Shown: piece after piece, positions 41,101-54,250 of the stretch | How positions within the stretch are numbered: the stretch's first letter is position 1 | Layout of the letters: the number at the start of each line of letters is the position of its first letter | NCBI GenBank assembly: GCA_030141605.1 | Contig: JAQGDQ010000376.1 | Span: forward strand, 163,231-227,230 | DNA from: Tubiluchus corallicola | Taxonomy: Eukaryota > Animalia > Priapulida | Length of the DNA: 64,000 bases | Reading direction: 5' to 3' | Program-made: the position numbers and the translations under genes | Notes under the pieces: model-generated | The model's database searches: none | Told to the model about the DNA's origin: nothing | What the model saw: only the letters and a program-made list of their open reading frames with translations

Positions 41101-44100
41101 ACATGATCACCTTGTAAACAGGGAATACAATACAAAGCAACAAAAGAAAAATCACCTACGACAAATATTGTTAGATGTCACCTACGAAATTTATTGTTAG
41201 ATGAAGTATAATGTTCCTTTTTTGGAAATAGGGTGTGAGCAAAATAACATTTGATAAAGGATGAACTGATGATTTGATAAAGGATAAATTATCCTGCGAA
41301 TTAGTAATAGTAACTCCATGCCAGCGTTATGAGCTGAAGAAGTTTAATGTAAAAAAATTCTGACAACCGAAGATACATATTTAGCATTATAGCATTAAAG
41401 GGACAGGGCAGTCAAAAAGAAAAGGAAAACTAGTAAACTGTTCCAGAATTTCTCAAATGCCTGGTACTTTAATGTACATTTGTAATTGCTAATCTCGTCT
41501 ATTGATAATTGCACAATTACACGCACAAGTTACTTAAACTTGTGTAAGTTGCATGCTCAAACTGTACACGAATTTTATTCAGTGATTTGCTCGTTATCTA
41601 ATTGTGCAACAATGTATAAGAAATGTAAAAAAACAAAAAAAAATAAATAAGACTTACCTTTTCAACACATGTAAGTGAGCCAGAACACGGCAAATCCTAA
41701 AAATAAATATAATGTAAAATCTGTGGTGTTCTGGGAAACTGGGAAAAATGGGCACAGTTGTTAGGGTGCCAGACACTTGGGCGCTGGCTCATTTGGGTAG
41801 AAGATATTGGGGTGCCAGCACTGATGCATATGACTGCACTGTTATGAACTCGATCACCTAAGAGTAATTATTTCTTTGTAGTGATACGAATCATGCTAAC
41901 TAGACTTTTGGGAGAATCCTCATTCATTGTATGAATAGTGATCATCATGCATGTTATAAAACATCTAACATTTTTGTAAGAAAAGAAATAATTATTTCCG
42001 GGAGTACAATTGTGAAATTAAAACTGTAAAGAAGTATAATATATACTGAGTGTATATTATTATCACGCATTTTGCAAGAGACATAACAAAAAATGCTTAC
42101 AATTATATTTGACAGTATACTCATACATCATTTAATTGAACTAGTTGATATTCGATTTTCGAAAGGTGATATTTGAGCTGGTAACTAGTATAAGCAACTA
42201 ATGAACTAAACAATGCATTCTAGGTCTACTTCTTCCAAAGCACACCAAGCATTTGATGAATGTAGTATTGTGATATAATACTAGTTAAATTGCTGCACTA
42301 GTTGTACTGACACAAAATTTTGGTGTGAATAGATTTTTTGTGATGTACTAGGTATTTTTGAAATAGAATGCTGTCATATCTTAATAAAATCTTATGGTAA
42401 ACTTGCTGTTTCTTCTTCTGCTTAGTTCATTTTAAAATGTACGTATAATACTGAATCAAAGTGGAAACCCTGAAAATGCAAAGTCATTTGAGTGGGTTTA
42501 ACTTGTTGTGTTAAAAGTGGTGAAGTGATGAGAAGCAAAAAAATTGAGAGTGTTAGGAAAATAATGTCTCGTGAAAAATTTAATAAAAAAAATAAAAAAA
42601 AATTAGGTAAATGATTAAATTTTATTGGTCCTCAAATGTCTCAAGCCCAAGCACTCCTATGCATTGCCCAAATACCATGTACCCAACTGTAAAAACTTGC
42701 ATATTATGTGATGCCAACAACTCATAAAATTTAAACAGGTCTAAATGAACTTAACAAGCTCAAGTGGTTCTATTTTAATGTACGTTAGTATAAACATTCA
42801 TAGTGACAACCAGCTCCATGCGCTTCATATTATGTTAGTATCATCATTTATTAATGCAAATGCATTCAATGCATACAGATTCATATGCTTTAATACAGCA
42901 TTCGTAAGTGCATACCTATTTTTATATTTACAAATGCTAGCTCCACCTACCTGAACTGATGCAACGAAACTTGTTCGATGTTGTTCAGTTTGGGCAACTA
43001 AATTTTTAGTAGAATGTATAGACTCTGAGTTGGAATTTTCAAGGTCATCCACCAAAAAATCACTGTTGTACTGTGTCTCATCAATGTGTTTCTGACTTTT
43101 GGATGGCCACAGTTGACTGCCGAGTGAATTTTTTCGTACGCTATGTGACGTCTAAACAAGAATTTCTCGTTAGCAACAATTCTAGATGAAGAGAGTTCTT
43201 CTGGACATATATGCTGCACCTGTAGCATGTAATCCTAGAACATTTGGGCTTCAGAATGTTTTCAGAAGTAGACTAACAACACGTCACTTCAAAAACATAG
43301 ACTGTTTAAGCATCATTTCCAGTACATCAAGACTACATGACAAGTGGGTGAAATATGTAAGCTCAACATTCATCAATTTCCACACATATGGCCCCAGGTA
43401 AGTTACTCACATCTTTTACACAAAAATAAATAATGTTTCTAATGACATATTCTTAGTGATCACTAAAATTCATAACAAAATTAGACTTATAATTAGCTGC
43501 CAAACACTAATAATTAACTAAAAAATCATTTCAGAAGGACACAATTTATTAATGTTTAATTGCAGAATTGGGGTCATAACTGTAGCACACATACATGTTT
43601 GAACACTACAAATATTGTACCATATGATTTAATTATCTCACATAAAAGTTGCCAAGAAGCAGCTCAGCTATCAAGGTGTATAAATTCGTAGCTAACTATT
43701 TATTACTTAAGAATTACATGAAACTGCACATTTTAATATTGTAATAATCTAACAACTATTCTGTAATGTTTGTGAGCAGTAAAAAATGTGCAGCTAAGGT
43801 AATCACAACTTCTGAAAGGCATGCTTTTAAACAATATTATCACGCAATGTGGAACTTGTAAACACAGTTCATTGAAGAAAGCTTAAAGAAAGGTAAGTTT
43901 TCAACTATTTGTGCAGAAAGTCTGTCTAATTTCAAACACAATTTTTTTGTTTTTTCATGATAATGGTGTGGATAATTTCGAAAATAGTAATTTCAAAATT
44001 GTGTAAGAGCTGTGATCACAAGATTGTGCAGCAGGCCAGCATGATTTTCAATAACCAAATTTAGAAAAGTATACACTAATCAGTTAATTAATAATAATTA

Positions 44101-47100
44101 ATCAATTTATCAGCAAATAGTTCAGACTATGTTTTTCTAAATTATGCTTTTGTGCATATTCAAAAAATTATGCTTTTGTGCATATTCAAAATTCAAACAC
44201 GATATCAATTACAATAAATAGAAGCCGCTGGTTAATAGACTCACTTTGAGAAACACACAAAGTGTTTTGACTCAATTAAGCGATTGGATCTATTATCCGA
44301 CGGGTGTAGCTTTACTAGTTAAGAAGAATAAGTCATCATTCCTCAGTTTAGTACGCACTGCAAAGGCCACAAGAGTTTGAAATGTTAGGTTTTTACTTAT
44401 GCTCTATGTTTCAAAATTAATTCTATGATTTATTTGCTCTATGATGTATATGCTTGTAAAGTCAAAAAGATACTAGCAGATTATTGCCGCTGCATCAGAG
44501 GCATAACAGCAACAGTTAACAGTAAACATTCTGTGAAAAGCAGCAAGAGCTTCAAAAGGATTCTCTTAGAGTTAATTTCATATACACCAGTTCTGATCTG
44601 TAATTTGTTTTTAACAATCAGCTTTCTGGTGCCTGCAACCGTTATGTGCAGCTGTACACCAACCAGTATGAATCAGCGCTTTTGTTGTGTTTGCACTCTT
44701 TGGATACAGACAAAACAAATGCGTTTAATAATCCACTTATTACAAGCACTTGTTGTCAGTGCTGATTCAAGCTGGTTGGTGCACATAATGAATGTGACGA
44801 TCAGAAAGCTGATTCTTTTGATTTGCATTACCCCTTATATCAGAAGAAAGTTTTTTCAGATAATTTGCTACCAAAAACAGTGCAGAAGATAACCGGCAGA
44901 AGAGCACTCAATAGAGGTGTAAACTCATGCACTCACGTGAAGTCACCATGGAGAAAATTTATTATTTCTACACTTTTGATCTTGTGACCTTTCGAACCAA
45001 AGTAATGAGCTTCCAGGTCCTTCCCAGAACTATCCGGTGGCAATTTTGGTGATTAGGCCTATAACTTCATCTGTTTGCTCTACCACACTGACAGTAAGAC
45101 AGACAGACAAACAGACAACTAGACAACCACAAATAAATGCCCTACTGTTGGCCTGCCATGCTCTGATACTATTCCAAGAAATGTAAAAGTATTTTGCAGC
45201 TAAAGTAGGACGAGAAAAAAATATAAGAAACTCCTCAGTAATTTCCAACTGCATAAAATTTTCTGTATTTATAACTGTAGACAGACTTTAACGTGTTCCT
45301 AGATGTTCAAAAACCAACTGTACAATAACATTATTTACCAGTGTTAAAAATGTTTCATACATTCTTACAAACATATAAGACCAAGAAGCAAGCGCTTATA
45401 AACCAGCGTGAGCATCTGCTGTGTGCAGTTGTACGTGTTGCCATAGAACATTCTTTTAGCATGTTCACACTTATCAGCGCAGGTAGAAAATCAGTGTTCG
45501 TTGTGTCAATATCCTAAGGTGGTAGAAAGTACAGATCAGTAATGCACATACATGACATGTTTGTTTCATGGATGGACAAACTCGATGGATGTTTCATTGT
45601 GCTTACTGTGTATTAGTTGTGGGCGTAATCGACTGCTAGTGATCGATTACTTCGATTCCTTGCCTGCAACTATCTGATACCGATTACTTTGATGGGCAAT
45701 CAAATACTTTATGTAAAAAATTAAAATACGAAAAATGCAAAATGCGTTTGATATAATTTTCAATACGTGTAAAGGACGTGACAGATGAAAACACTTTCAA
45801 ACACAAAACTCATTCAGCTTCACCTTCAGCGATTTCAGTTAAGCTTTAGTATACATTGCAAGCACAGGTTTGTGTTAGCCACCACTGTTTTAAAATGGAT
45901 GCCGCAGGGCGATCTCAGTAATCGATCATAGTAATCCATTACTGCCTATAAGTGGTTTTACTGCCAACTTACTTGAAATCAGTGGTATCGCCCCCCACCA
46001 CTATTGTGTATCTCTCATGAAACTGCTTCCCTACAACCAATCTATCATGTTTCTTACAAGATATGAATTGCTACAGTGTTATCTCAGATGAATCAGCAGT
46101 TTGCATCTCGTAACAGACATGTTGTTCAGCCCATAGGAAAGCGATTTAAGAACTCTACAGTAGCCAAAACAAAACATCCACTATGTCAGATGATCTGAAG
46201 AGCCATGTCATGTATGGGTCTGCTAGTCTGTACATGCTACCATCTAACACTACCATGGAATGGCCCTCAGTACGTAAAGTTCCTCAAGAAGTTAAAACTG
46301 CACATCGACTAACAATTATAAAATTTTTACTCAAGATGATGCACCATTAGGATGGAAAAAATTGTTAAGGAGTACCATGAAGCTCTGGTTTCAAGTATGC
46401 CCCAAGTAGTCATTGACAGTAAAGGTGGACAAAAGACAAGCTTTCATACTATGCTGAAGTATTTCAATTTGACAAAACAAATCAATAGATTTTGATATAA
46501 ATACCAAATAACAATGGTTCCATCAAAATTTCTTCAGAAAATCATGCTGCTCTTAAATTTTTGCAAATGACTGCAGTCTCTTTTAGTCTATATATTAATT
46601 TAGAGTACACATGGCAAGTCTAATTTTGCTTACGTTGTTGCGGATCTTGCAGCTACGTGATTTTTCAAATTTAACACCAATCTGCAGATCTTGCAGATGC
46701 AGATACGTACTATTATACATCATACTGTATAAAGGCTACTCATTTGCGCAGATAATACACTGTATAAAGAGCACTCAAGCATTTTTCTTTTATCTGTTGT
46801 TGTGGTCACTAAACATATAAAACAAAAAAAGTTTTGTCAAGTGAAAAGCTACTTACACTACTAGTGCCCAACTTTTCATTATGCAACTCAGCCACTACCC
46901 TTAAGTGTGTGACCCAGTGATGTCGTTCTTTTGCATCATGGGCTGCAAAAAAGATTAAGAAATTAACACATGGTAAGTAACATTGAGACAAATTAGCATA
47001 TACAGTGGTATACTTTTACGGTTAACTATAGGCTCCAACAAAAAAGACAATGGAATAAGAAGTGTGACATCACAATAAGACTCGATTTTATCACAAATAG

Positions 47101-48296
47101 CCCAGAATTATTTCAGCCACTAAATGAAATTTTCATTTCCTAAAATTCAAATCAATATTTTTCATGTAAGCACTTCTAAGACTTTTCGCAAGCACAGTGT
47201 CTAATAATACAATATTGTTCCTGCTTCAATAGTGTTAATAAACATAACTTTTTTTAATTTCTGATAAAAAAACTTTATGAAAAGAGATTTGGCTATAATT
47301 TGGTAAAGACACAACCTCTTAGTCTGTATATGTCTCCAGAAACTGCATTTACATTGAAAGTATGAGAATCTTCATCACTAGGTGATATCACCGCTCCCTG
47401 TCAATTAAAAACAATTTTACAAGATAAAACCGACGAACCATTGCCAGGAGGCAAAATGTTCAAAAGTGCATTATGGAAGGCTATTCAACCAAAATAAATT
47501 CATGGCGTGGAACAATGTTTAAAAAGGCTTTCCACATTTTTCACGAAATGTTTAAAATTAATCAAGCGCAACTATTGATATTTTGATTACTGACAAATGA
47601 CTGAAAAACTGATGACAAGATTCAGATGATTAGGCTGATTGCTTGGTATCTAACTAAATAATTTGTTGCATTTAGAGAAACTTTTTTGTAACTCCTTAGT
47701 ATATTCTTGAAATTACAAGGTGTACTACAATTATATACAGTTTAAACTGCATTTATTTAAGTATCATACAAAAACATTTAGAACCTACTGCTAAATGTAA
47801 CATTCCTCGTGGCTTTTGACGCTTTTCTTCTTCTGGCTGAAACAAAAAAATATTCAAGTTACAGTTATTGCATGGTCTACTAGTGGTTGTAATTTAGTGC
47901 ATTTCAAGATGCCTGGGAGAAGGCCAAAAATAAGCTACTTGTAGTAGCTCTCACTTTGAAGCAGTCTCCGTACCACATGTTTACAGTTTAGAAAAATATT
48001 GAAATTACTTAGAACTTTGTACAGAGTTTAGTTGCCTAAATTACAACTTAGTAGAACATTTATAAGTTAAAGAAAGAGGGATATTTTACTCCACATGAAT
48101 ATTTGACACAATAAAATTTAAGTATTCAGCAGACCAAGTTAATTTAAATCTCATATAAGCAGAAGCATACCACAAAATATTCAAGAATGCCTCGTTGAGG
48201 ATCCATTATAAAGTATCGATTTTGCCAGCCTTTCATTACATTCGTGTACTTGGACAGGGTACCTTCCAGAGGTTGACATAAGTCTTGATTATCCAT
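32185..48296 (-). CDS. OSBPL11: Oxysterol-binding protein-related protein 10/11 (PH + ORD), ~629 aa, 17 coding exons
   Basis: Exons: 48296-48171, 47836-47789, 47397-47316, 46942-46857, 43151-42951, 41696-41658, 41025-40898, 40492-40422, 39174-38955, 38761-38680, 38369-38237, 37386-37276, 36524-36364, 35399-35283, 34488-34327, 33865-33800 and 32241-32185 (1890 nt, phases consistent). PH domain: [37 protein letters not shown]: [55 protein letters not shown]. Confidence 0.95.
39325..39780 (+). mobile_element. Highly decayed LINE reverse-transcriptase fragment
   Basis: ORF 39325-39576 ends ..[16 protein letters not shown], loosely resembling the RT motif D.SKAFD.VPH..L..KL. It is intronic and has no splice signals. 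Confidence 0.35.
44139..44190. repeat. Perfect 26-bp tandem duplication
   Basis: aaattatgcttttgtgcatattcaaa occurs twice. Confidence 0.85.
44215..44317. mobile_element. Pogo/Tigger-like fragment, copy 2 (inverted)
   Basis: Its reverse complement shares AATAGATCCAATCGCTTAATTGAGTCAAAA and CGGCTTCTATTT with 54116-54205. Confidence 0.5.
45614..46003. mobile_element. hAT-like MITE (390 bp)
   Basis: Imperfect TIRs TAGTTGTGGGCG / CGCCCCCCACCACTA. Flanking 8-bp TSD CTGTGTAT / TTGTGTAT (7/8 match). Subterminal GTAATCGA/TCGATTAC repeats. Confidence 0.6.
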
Positions 48297-51200
48297 AACT
48301 TTACAAATGGAACAAACACAAATTCACATAAAACCTGAAACACTGCACATAAAGATAAATAAATTCACAGAACATTTTTCTCTTACGAAGAGGAAATTAT
48401 CATAAGATTATCAGGATTAAAAGTTTCTGGGCACTTTGCTAATTTATGAGTCATAAACTAAATAACACATTTAGCCAAGCTATATTACAGTGATGAGTAT
48501 AACATTCAGTAAAATAATGGTTCAAATAAGAATACTTTCTAAGAAACTAGTTCTCTTGCTAAGAAATACCTGTGGGCAACAGGAACACAAAACACTTTTT
48601 TCATGTTAAACCTGGTCAATTTACATAAACTAATTTTTTTCCAATTTGGCACATTGCAATGTGAAATCAAGCTTTTAGTGATAGGCCACCTCAACAATGA
48701 TGAATTTGGGGCTCATGGCTAAAGCTCTAAGATGGACCACTGAAGCAGCCAAGGAATTTTGTATGTACATCCTCTCTCTACACTATGAGGTAAACAGCCA
48801 CGAACATAGTCAAGAAAAACACTACATGGCATTTAAAAATTTTGCTGAATTAAAGCTTACAAATATACTCTTTTGTCTTAACTTTTAATAAAGTACGCTA
48901 CGAAAATGCTTCTGATTATATCCTTTTGAACATGCTCATGCAGATAGTGTAAAACAATGTCAATGGTTTTTCAATGTTATCACAAATGCTGCAACACTAA
49001 ATACCCAAGTGAATCGATTATAATTAGTGATGAACCGGTATACCATACAGTACCAGAACAGGTGTCGGTTTAACTGCTTTCGTCAATACAATTGAAGTGA
49101 ACTGACCAGTAATGAAAAGATTTGTGAAATTTACATATGAGTTACCGCCTAATTGGAAGTCTAGGCAACAAATTGCTAGCATATAGTGGCACAGCATTAC
49201 TGTGTTATATGTGGCTTCACCAAATTCAGCAGCTATGGCAATGCTATTCATGGTTTAGCTTATTTGTGTTTATACATGTAGTACTATTACCAATGTGCAT
49301 ACAATTATTATAGTTAATAGAAAGCTACTAAGTTAGTCTAAGAGTATTAGTATATACTGTATCTCACTGAATTATTTAGGTTGATTACCAGATTTTTCAT
49401 GAAATTATGGACCTGAAAAAATTAAAACTTGCTTACTGTTCATGGTCCGGCAAGGAATTTGGTTCTCTGTAATGCACTAAAACGTAATGTTAACGTCCTA
49501 ACTTTAACAGATTTCAATGAGATGCTAATACTAAATACAGCATGCTAAATTTAGTTTACGTTAAAAGTTTTTTCTTAGGTTGTTTAAGCACTCTAAGCAC
49601 TCAGTCCTAAGTCATTTGCTGGCTGTCGCTGAGTTTGCTTTGCTTTTGTGGAGGTGGACATGTGAAATATAAATGCTTATTGCGCAAAGAAGTACTTGGA
49701 AAAAAACATGTTGGCAGTTAACCGATTTGTCACTTTCTAGTACCATACTAGATGCCATTTAAATGCATAGTACTGACTTGTGAAATTTGTTTTGTGGTTT
49801 TTGACAACATTCAGAGGCTAGATCTGTGCTTTTGCACATCAGCAACATAAATTCAGTCCCTTTCCCAAATGCAGATTGGATGTTTAACTAATTACATGTA
49901 GTAAATAATAATTGCACACATGTCGTACAGTCGTAGAACCTCACAAAGACAATCGTAAAGAGAAAGGAGGATGTGAATTATGTTGTTTAGCACAAAATCT
50001 ACAGTATTCCTGCTGTACCAAAAATACCGGGTACCATACCAGATGCTGTGCCTTACACCGGCTTGTAATTTAAAATCCATGCCAGACAATCGCTAATTAC
50101 AATGTCAATGTTGATGCTGCAAATTCAGCTAAACTTACGTCACTTAAACCTGAAGAAAACTCACACAAGTAACTAGTAACTTGATTTCAACAATGTTATT
50201 ATCTATCAGCTTCAAAACAGGAAGAATTGTCTCATTGTCATTCAAATCACTGACAGTCTTAACATAAAATTTCATAATACTAATTTTAAAGAACTTGGTT
50301 GCAAAAATATTTTCTGTAGACTTATAGTATTTATTTCACCAACATGTAATCATGTGATACTTTGTAAGTTTTGCAAAGATTAATAACAGCTGCAAGTTTA
50401 CAATAATTTTTTATGCAATGTAAGGCAAAGTTTGCAATATAAAAAATTTAATAACCACCAAAAATTAAGCATTTTGTAAGATGTACAAAATGCTAGGTTT
50501 GTTAAAAAGTTCCAATTTATTTATTTTTATATAACTCAGCACTTTGTAGGCCAAAACCCAGCACTCAACAATCAGGCTTCTCAGTAATTGCAGCATAGTA
50601 CACAAAATCACCAAGAAGCAGCTTTAGCTTTTCCAGTAATAATCCATTTAATTCTGAAGCCAATCACATACTATGAACATATGAACTGGTACGCGGCCGG
50701 GTAGATCACCTTCATCATTGGCCCATTGCATCTAAAAAACGGTCTATTACACAGAGGTGATATGGTGTGGGGGGTTGCAAGCTACACAGGGTGACACCAT
50801 ATACGTAAGTGTGTTTTTGGAGGGTGGTAGGCTAAACAATGTGATGGATTTCCTGCCTAGAATTCCTTCCTACTTCTACTTCCGCTACATATACATGTAT
50901 TTCTGCCAAACCTACTCTGGCATTTGACGCAGCTGACAGCTCGTGCTAGTGCAATGCAGAGAGAAATCGATTCTTGTGTGCGCTAGGCAATACCACGTTG
51001 CGATCTATAACGGGACAGCCAAAGCTATCTGATGTTACAGTTTCATCTGCTGAAAACGATCAAAGTAATTGGTAAAAGTAATTGATTTTGATGAATTGAC
51101 TAGTTCGCAGCGGTGAAGTCCAGCAAAGGAAAATTCTGATTGTTGATATAATGTATGAGTAAATACAGAATTGTGTGTTTAAATGCCAGTTTACTTTGAT

Positions 51201-52199
51201 ATTTTAACTAAGTAGTGTATTTTCATATGATGTGTAAATATCTCATATAAAAAATTAACAGTAATAAAAGTTTCATTTTAAAATAAACATTGTCAATGCA
51301 CTAACGTGTTCTTAGCACTTTAACTCAGTAGGTTGGAAAACCCTAACGACGCCCCTGCTATTACAGACATTGAGCAGGAAGAATTCTAAAAGCAAAATAA
51401 AAGAAATCTGCCCTCGAGTCAGGTAAACACGCCAGTTTATCTAGCAGAAGGCTAAACACTACCATGTCAGCGCTACCTCCGACATAAGGCGCGCAAAAAA
51501 CTCCAACTCAAAAATATGGGAGACTTCATATGGTTTATGCATCTAACAGCGGTAACCGCGACAAAACTGCAAACTGACAGTACCGTTAATGTGTTATACA
51601 CATTGTTTTGGCGTTACTTAGAGACAGTTGACTTAATGATAAAAAATAATTACCGAAATAGTCTTCCTTCAAATTAATTCAAAATCGAGAACACTAGTTT
51701 TTTTCAACAATCAGTTACTTTTAACTTAGACAATTAGCAGAAGAAAAATAATCACAGCAAGCAATTCTGAGTTTTTGCAGGCAATATGCGAACTCTTTAG
51801 AATATAACACGATTTTTTGCAACCATTTTCTGTCTGCCTAGCTAGATATTTTTGTGTTGGCTTTCGTGGCCTCTTAAAAAACAGACAAAACTTATATTTC
51901 TAGATACGATACTGTGAATACGTCTGCTCCTCCCAATCACCAATGGCGAGCAGGTGCACATCAATGGCATTAGTATTTTCGATAATGGATGACAAACATA
52001 TTAAAATCTTTAAGTTATTATCTTTTGATAAAGCTTCTTCTGAGGTGATTCCCGTATTGAATTAAACACTCTATTACAAACAATCTTAATAAATTTATAT
52101 TACTTAGGCAGGCATTTTAATTCCTTGACGTATTAACAGGTAATTATTATTGTTGCATAAGAACATCGCACAACCTTCAGAGCTACTGTTGAGAGCATC

Positions 52200-53480
52200 G
52201 TAATTAAATGATTAATCATCTGGTTGTGGCTTCTGTGGTTTCTCGCCCTTCTTCCCTTGTATGGGCAAACGATGAAATCGATTGCAAGGGTTCTTCAAAC
52301 ACTGTAGCACTTTTATTCTTCTTCAAAATTTACTTCACCTACTTCCTTCAAAATGCTTTTCCTATAAAACAAACAATCATTCACATATTTAGATGCATTC
52401 AACAAATTTTCACTACAACAGTTTTATCATCCTCTGTTGAGACTTTACCTGGATTTTCTCTAAACCTTTTGTATTTGCCACAAGTAAACAAATGTTCTGT
52501 TGTGTCTAATTCACTATCGCACATAGGACGTATTAAATTTCTTATAAATGAACCCTTAAAATTTGCTTTACTTTGACCATATTAAGACTTAAATCCAAAA
52601 TATTTTTAACTTCTGCATGACTGAATTTTGTTAAATAATCCTTCTGTTATCGTTTATTGCTTTCCAAAAATCTTAATTTTGAGCTCTTATTTATATTTTC
52701 ACTGCATTTGACTTGTATCACAGCCGTTATTTTAAATTTTAGGTATTTTTTCACTCTGAGTTCTTTTTATTTTTCACATATTCCTTGTCAATATTAATTC
52801 CGTAAATGGTTGCAATTTTTTCAATTTCACTATGCCAGTTATCATCCTGTCGGTACTTCATTTGCTGTGCTACAACTTTGCTGGCTAACCTTTCACTTCA
52901 TGATATTAATAGAGTTGTATAAAACGTAATTTTTTGTACCAGATACGTTCTTCAATTGGCCAAATTCCCAATTCTGATATTAACCCGCAGTAACTAGTAG
53001 TTTTAGCCATTCCCAACATTATTGACTTATCTTGAATACTTTCCAGTGCATCAAACTCATTTCTTTTCATGTGTGTTTGACCAAGTTCCAGGATTATAAA
53101 TTAATGATTGTATTGCAAGTGAATTTTTAGTTTTATTTCTATTGACATTCCGACATTATTAATATTTGCTGAGGAGTTAACATAGCTGATTTTGAATTCG
53201 TTCTGCTCTTTTCGCTTTTCAATTAACGTCTTATAAGTGTTTTCCTCTTTTAGCCGATCACCAATGTATTTATAGCTTTGTGTTTCTCCTTTGCTATTTT
53301 TTTCTTTAAGTGAGGGAATTATTTTCTTTCTAGTCATCTTTGTTCGCATTGACTGCGTTTTTTTAACTTTGAACTTTATTCTTTTTAACTCTTCTGTTTT
53401 CTTACAATTTTTAATCATTCTTTAATTGTATTTCCTACCCTAAAATATCATCTACATACACCATCATTTCTGTTTCAAGC
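52200..53480 (-). mobile_element. Decayed LINE, C-terminal part of ORF2
   Basis: Minus frames give SYKYIGD (cf. YKYLG), LESIQDK..LISELGIWPIEERI and LNMVKVKANFKG..PMCDSELDTTEHLFTC (CCHC knuckle), with stops and frameshifts. Confidence 0.75.
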
Positions 53481-54115
53481 TCTGGAGTTATTGTTGTTTT
53501 TGTTTTTTTCAAGAGAATTTATATTATTTACTGCTGCACAGCACAAAAGTGGACCTAACAGGGTTCCCTACCTAACAGATTCCTTTATTTTAATTTCCTT
53601 AGTGATGCCAACTGGTGTGTCAATAACAGCATTATGCTACGTCATTCAAATTGAAAATTAACTCACAAATGTGTGCTGGTATCCCTAAACGTCACATTTC
53701 AACTACTGCATCTTTAAGCCAAGGCTTATCGAAGCATTTTTCTATATCAAAAATGTCAAGTAAATATCATTGTTTAAAAATTTATCATAGTTTGAAATTG
53801 CTATAATAATAGTGAATGGGTGATCAGCAGTACTTCGATTAGATATTCGACCACACTGACTGATTACGTCAACACACTGAACCGCAGGACTACTAGGGTA
53901 ACATAAACTTTTGCGAGTTGTATGATTAACAGACACTTATTCACACGTGCACGAAAGAATATTATACAAACCAATTGATAAATGAATGTATGTTACAGAG
54001 ATTTATACTAGAGTTTAATGGCTCTGTTTATTTATTTGCAGATTATTACTGTGCAGATGACCTTCAGCAAGCCTCAGTTAAGCAGTAGCAATTAAGTGTG
54101 CTAGAACTGAAATAC

Positions 54116-54250
54116 ACAATAGGCGCCACTTAATAGACTCACGATTAATAGATTCAATCGCTTAATTGACTCAAAAACGCCTGGAACGGCTTCTATTTAA
54201 ATATACACGTGTATTTTAGTAAATCTGGTAGGCGGCTGTGTTAATTACAC
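54116..54250. mobile_element. Pogo/Tigger-like end, copy 3
   Basis: CAATAGGCGCCACTTAATAGACTCACGATTAATAGATTCAATCGCTTAATTGACTCAAAAA is homologous to 2848 onward. Confidence 0.55.

Noticed and set aside
44425-44892. 155-aa plus-strand ORF in an OSBPL11 intron
   Set aside because: No motif recognised, and it lies in repeat-like intronic sequence.
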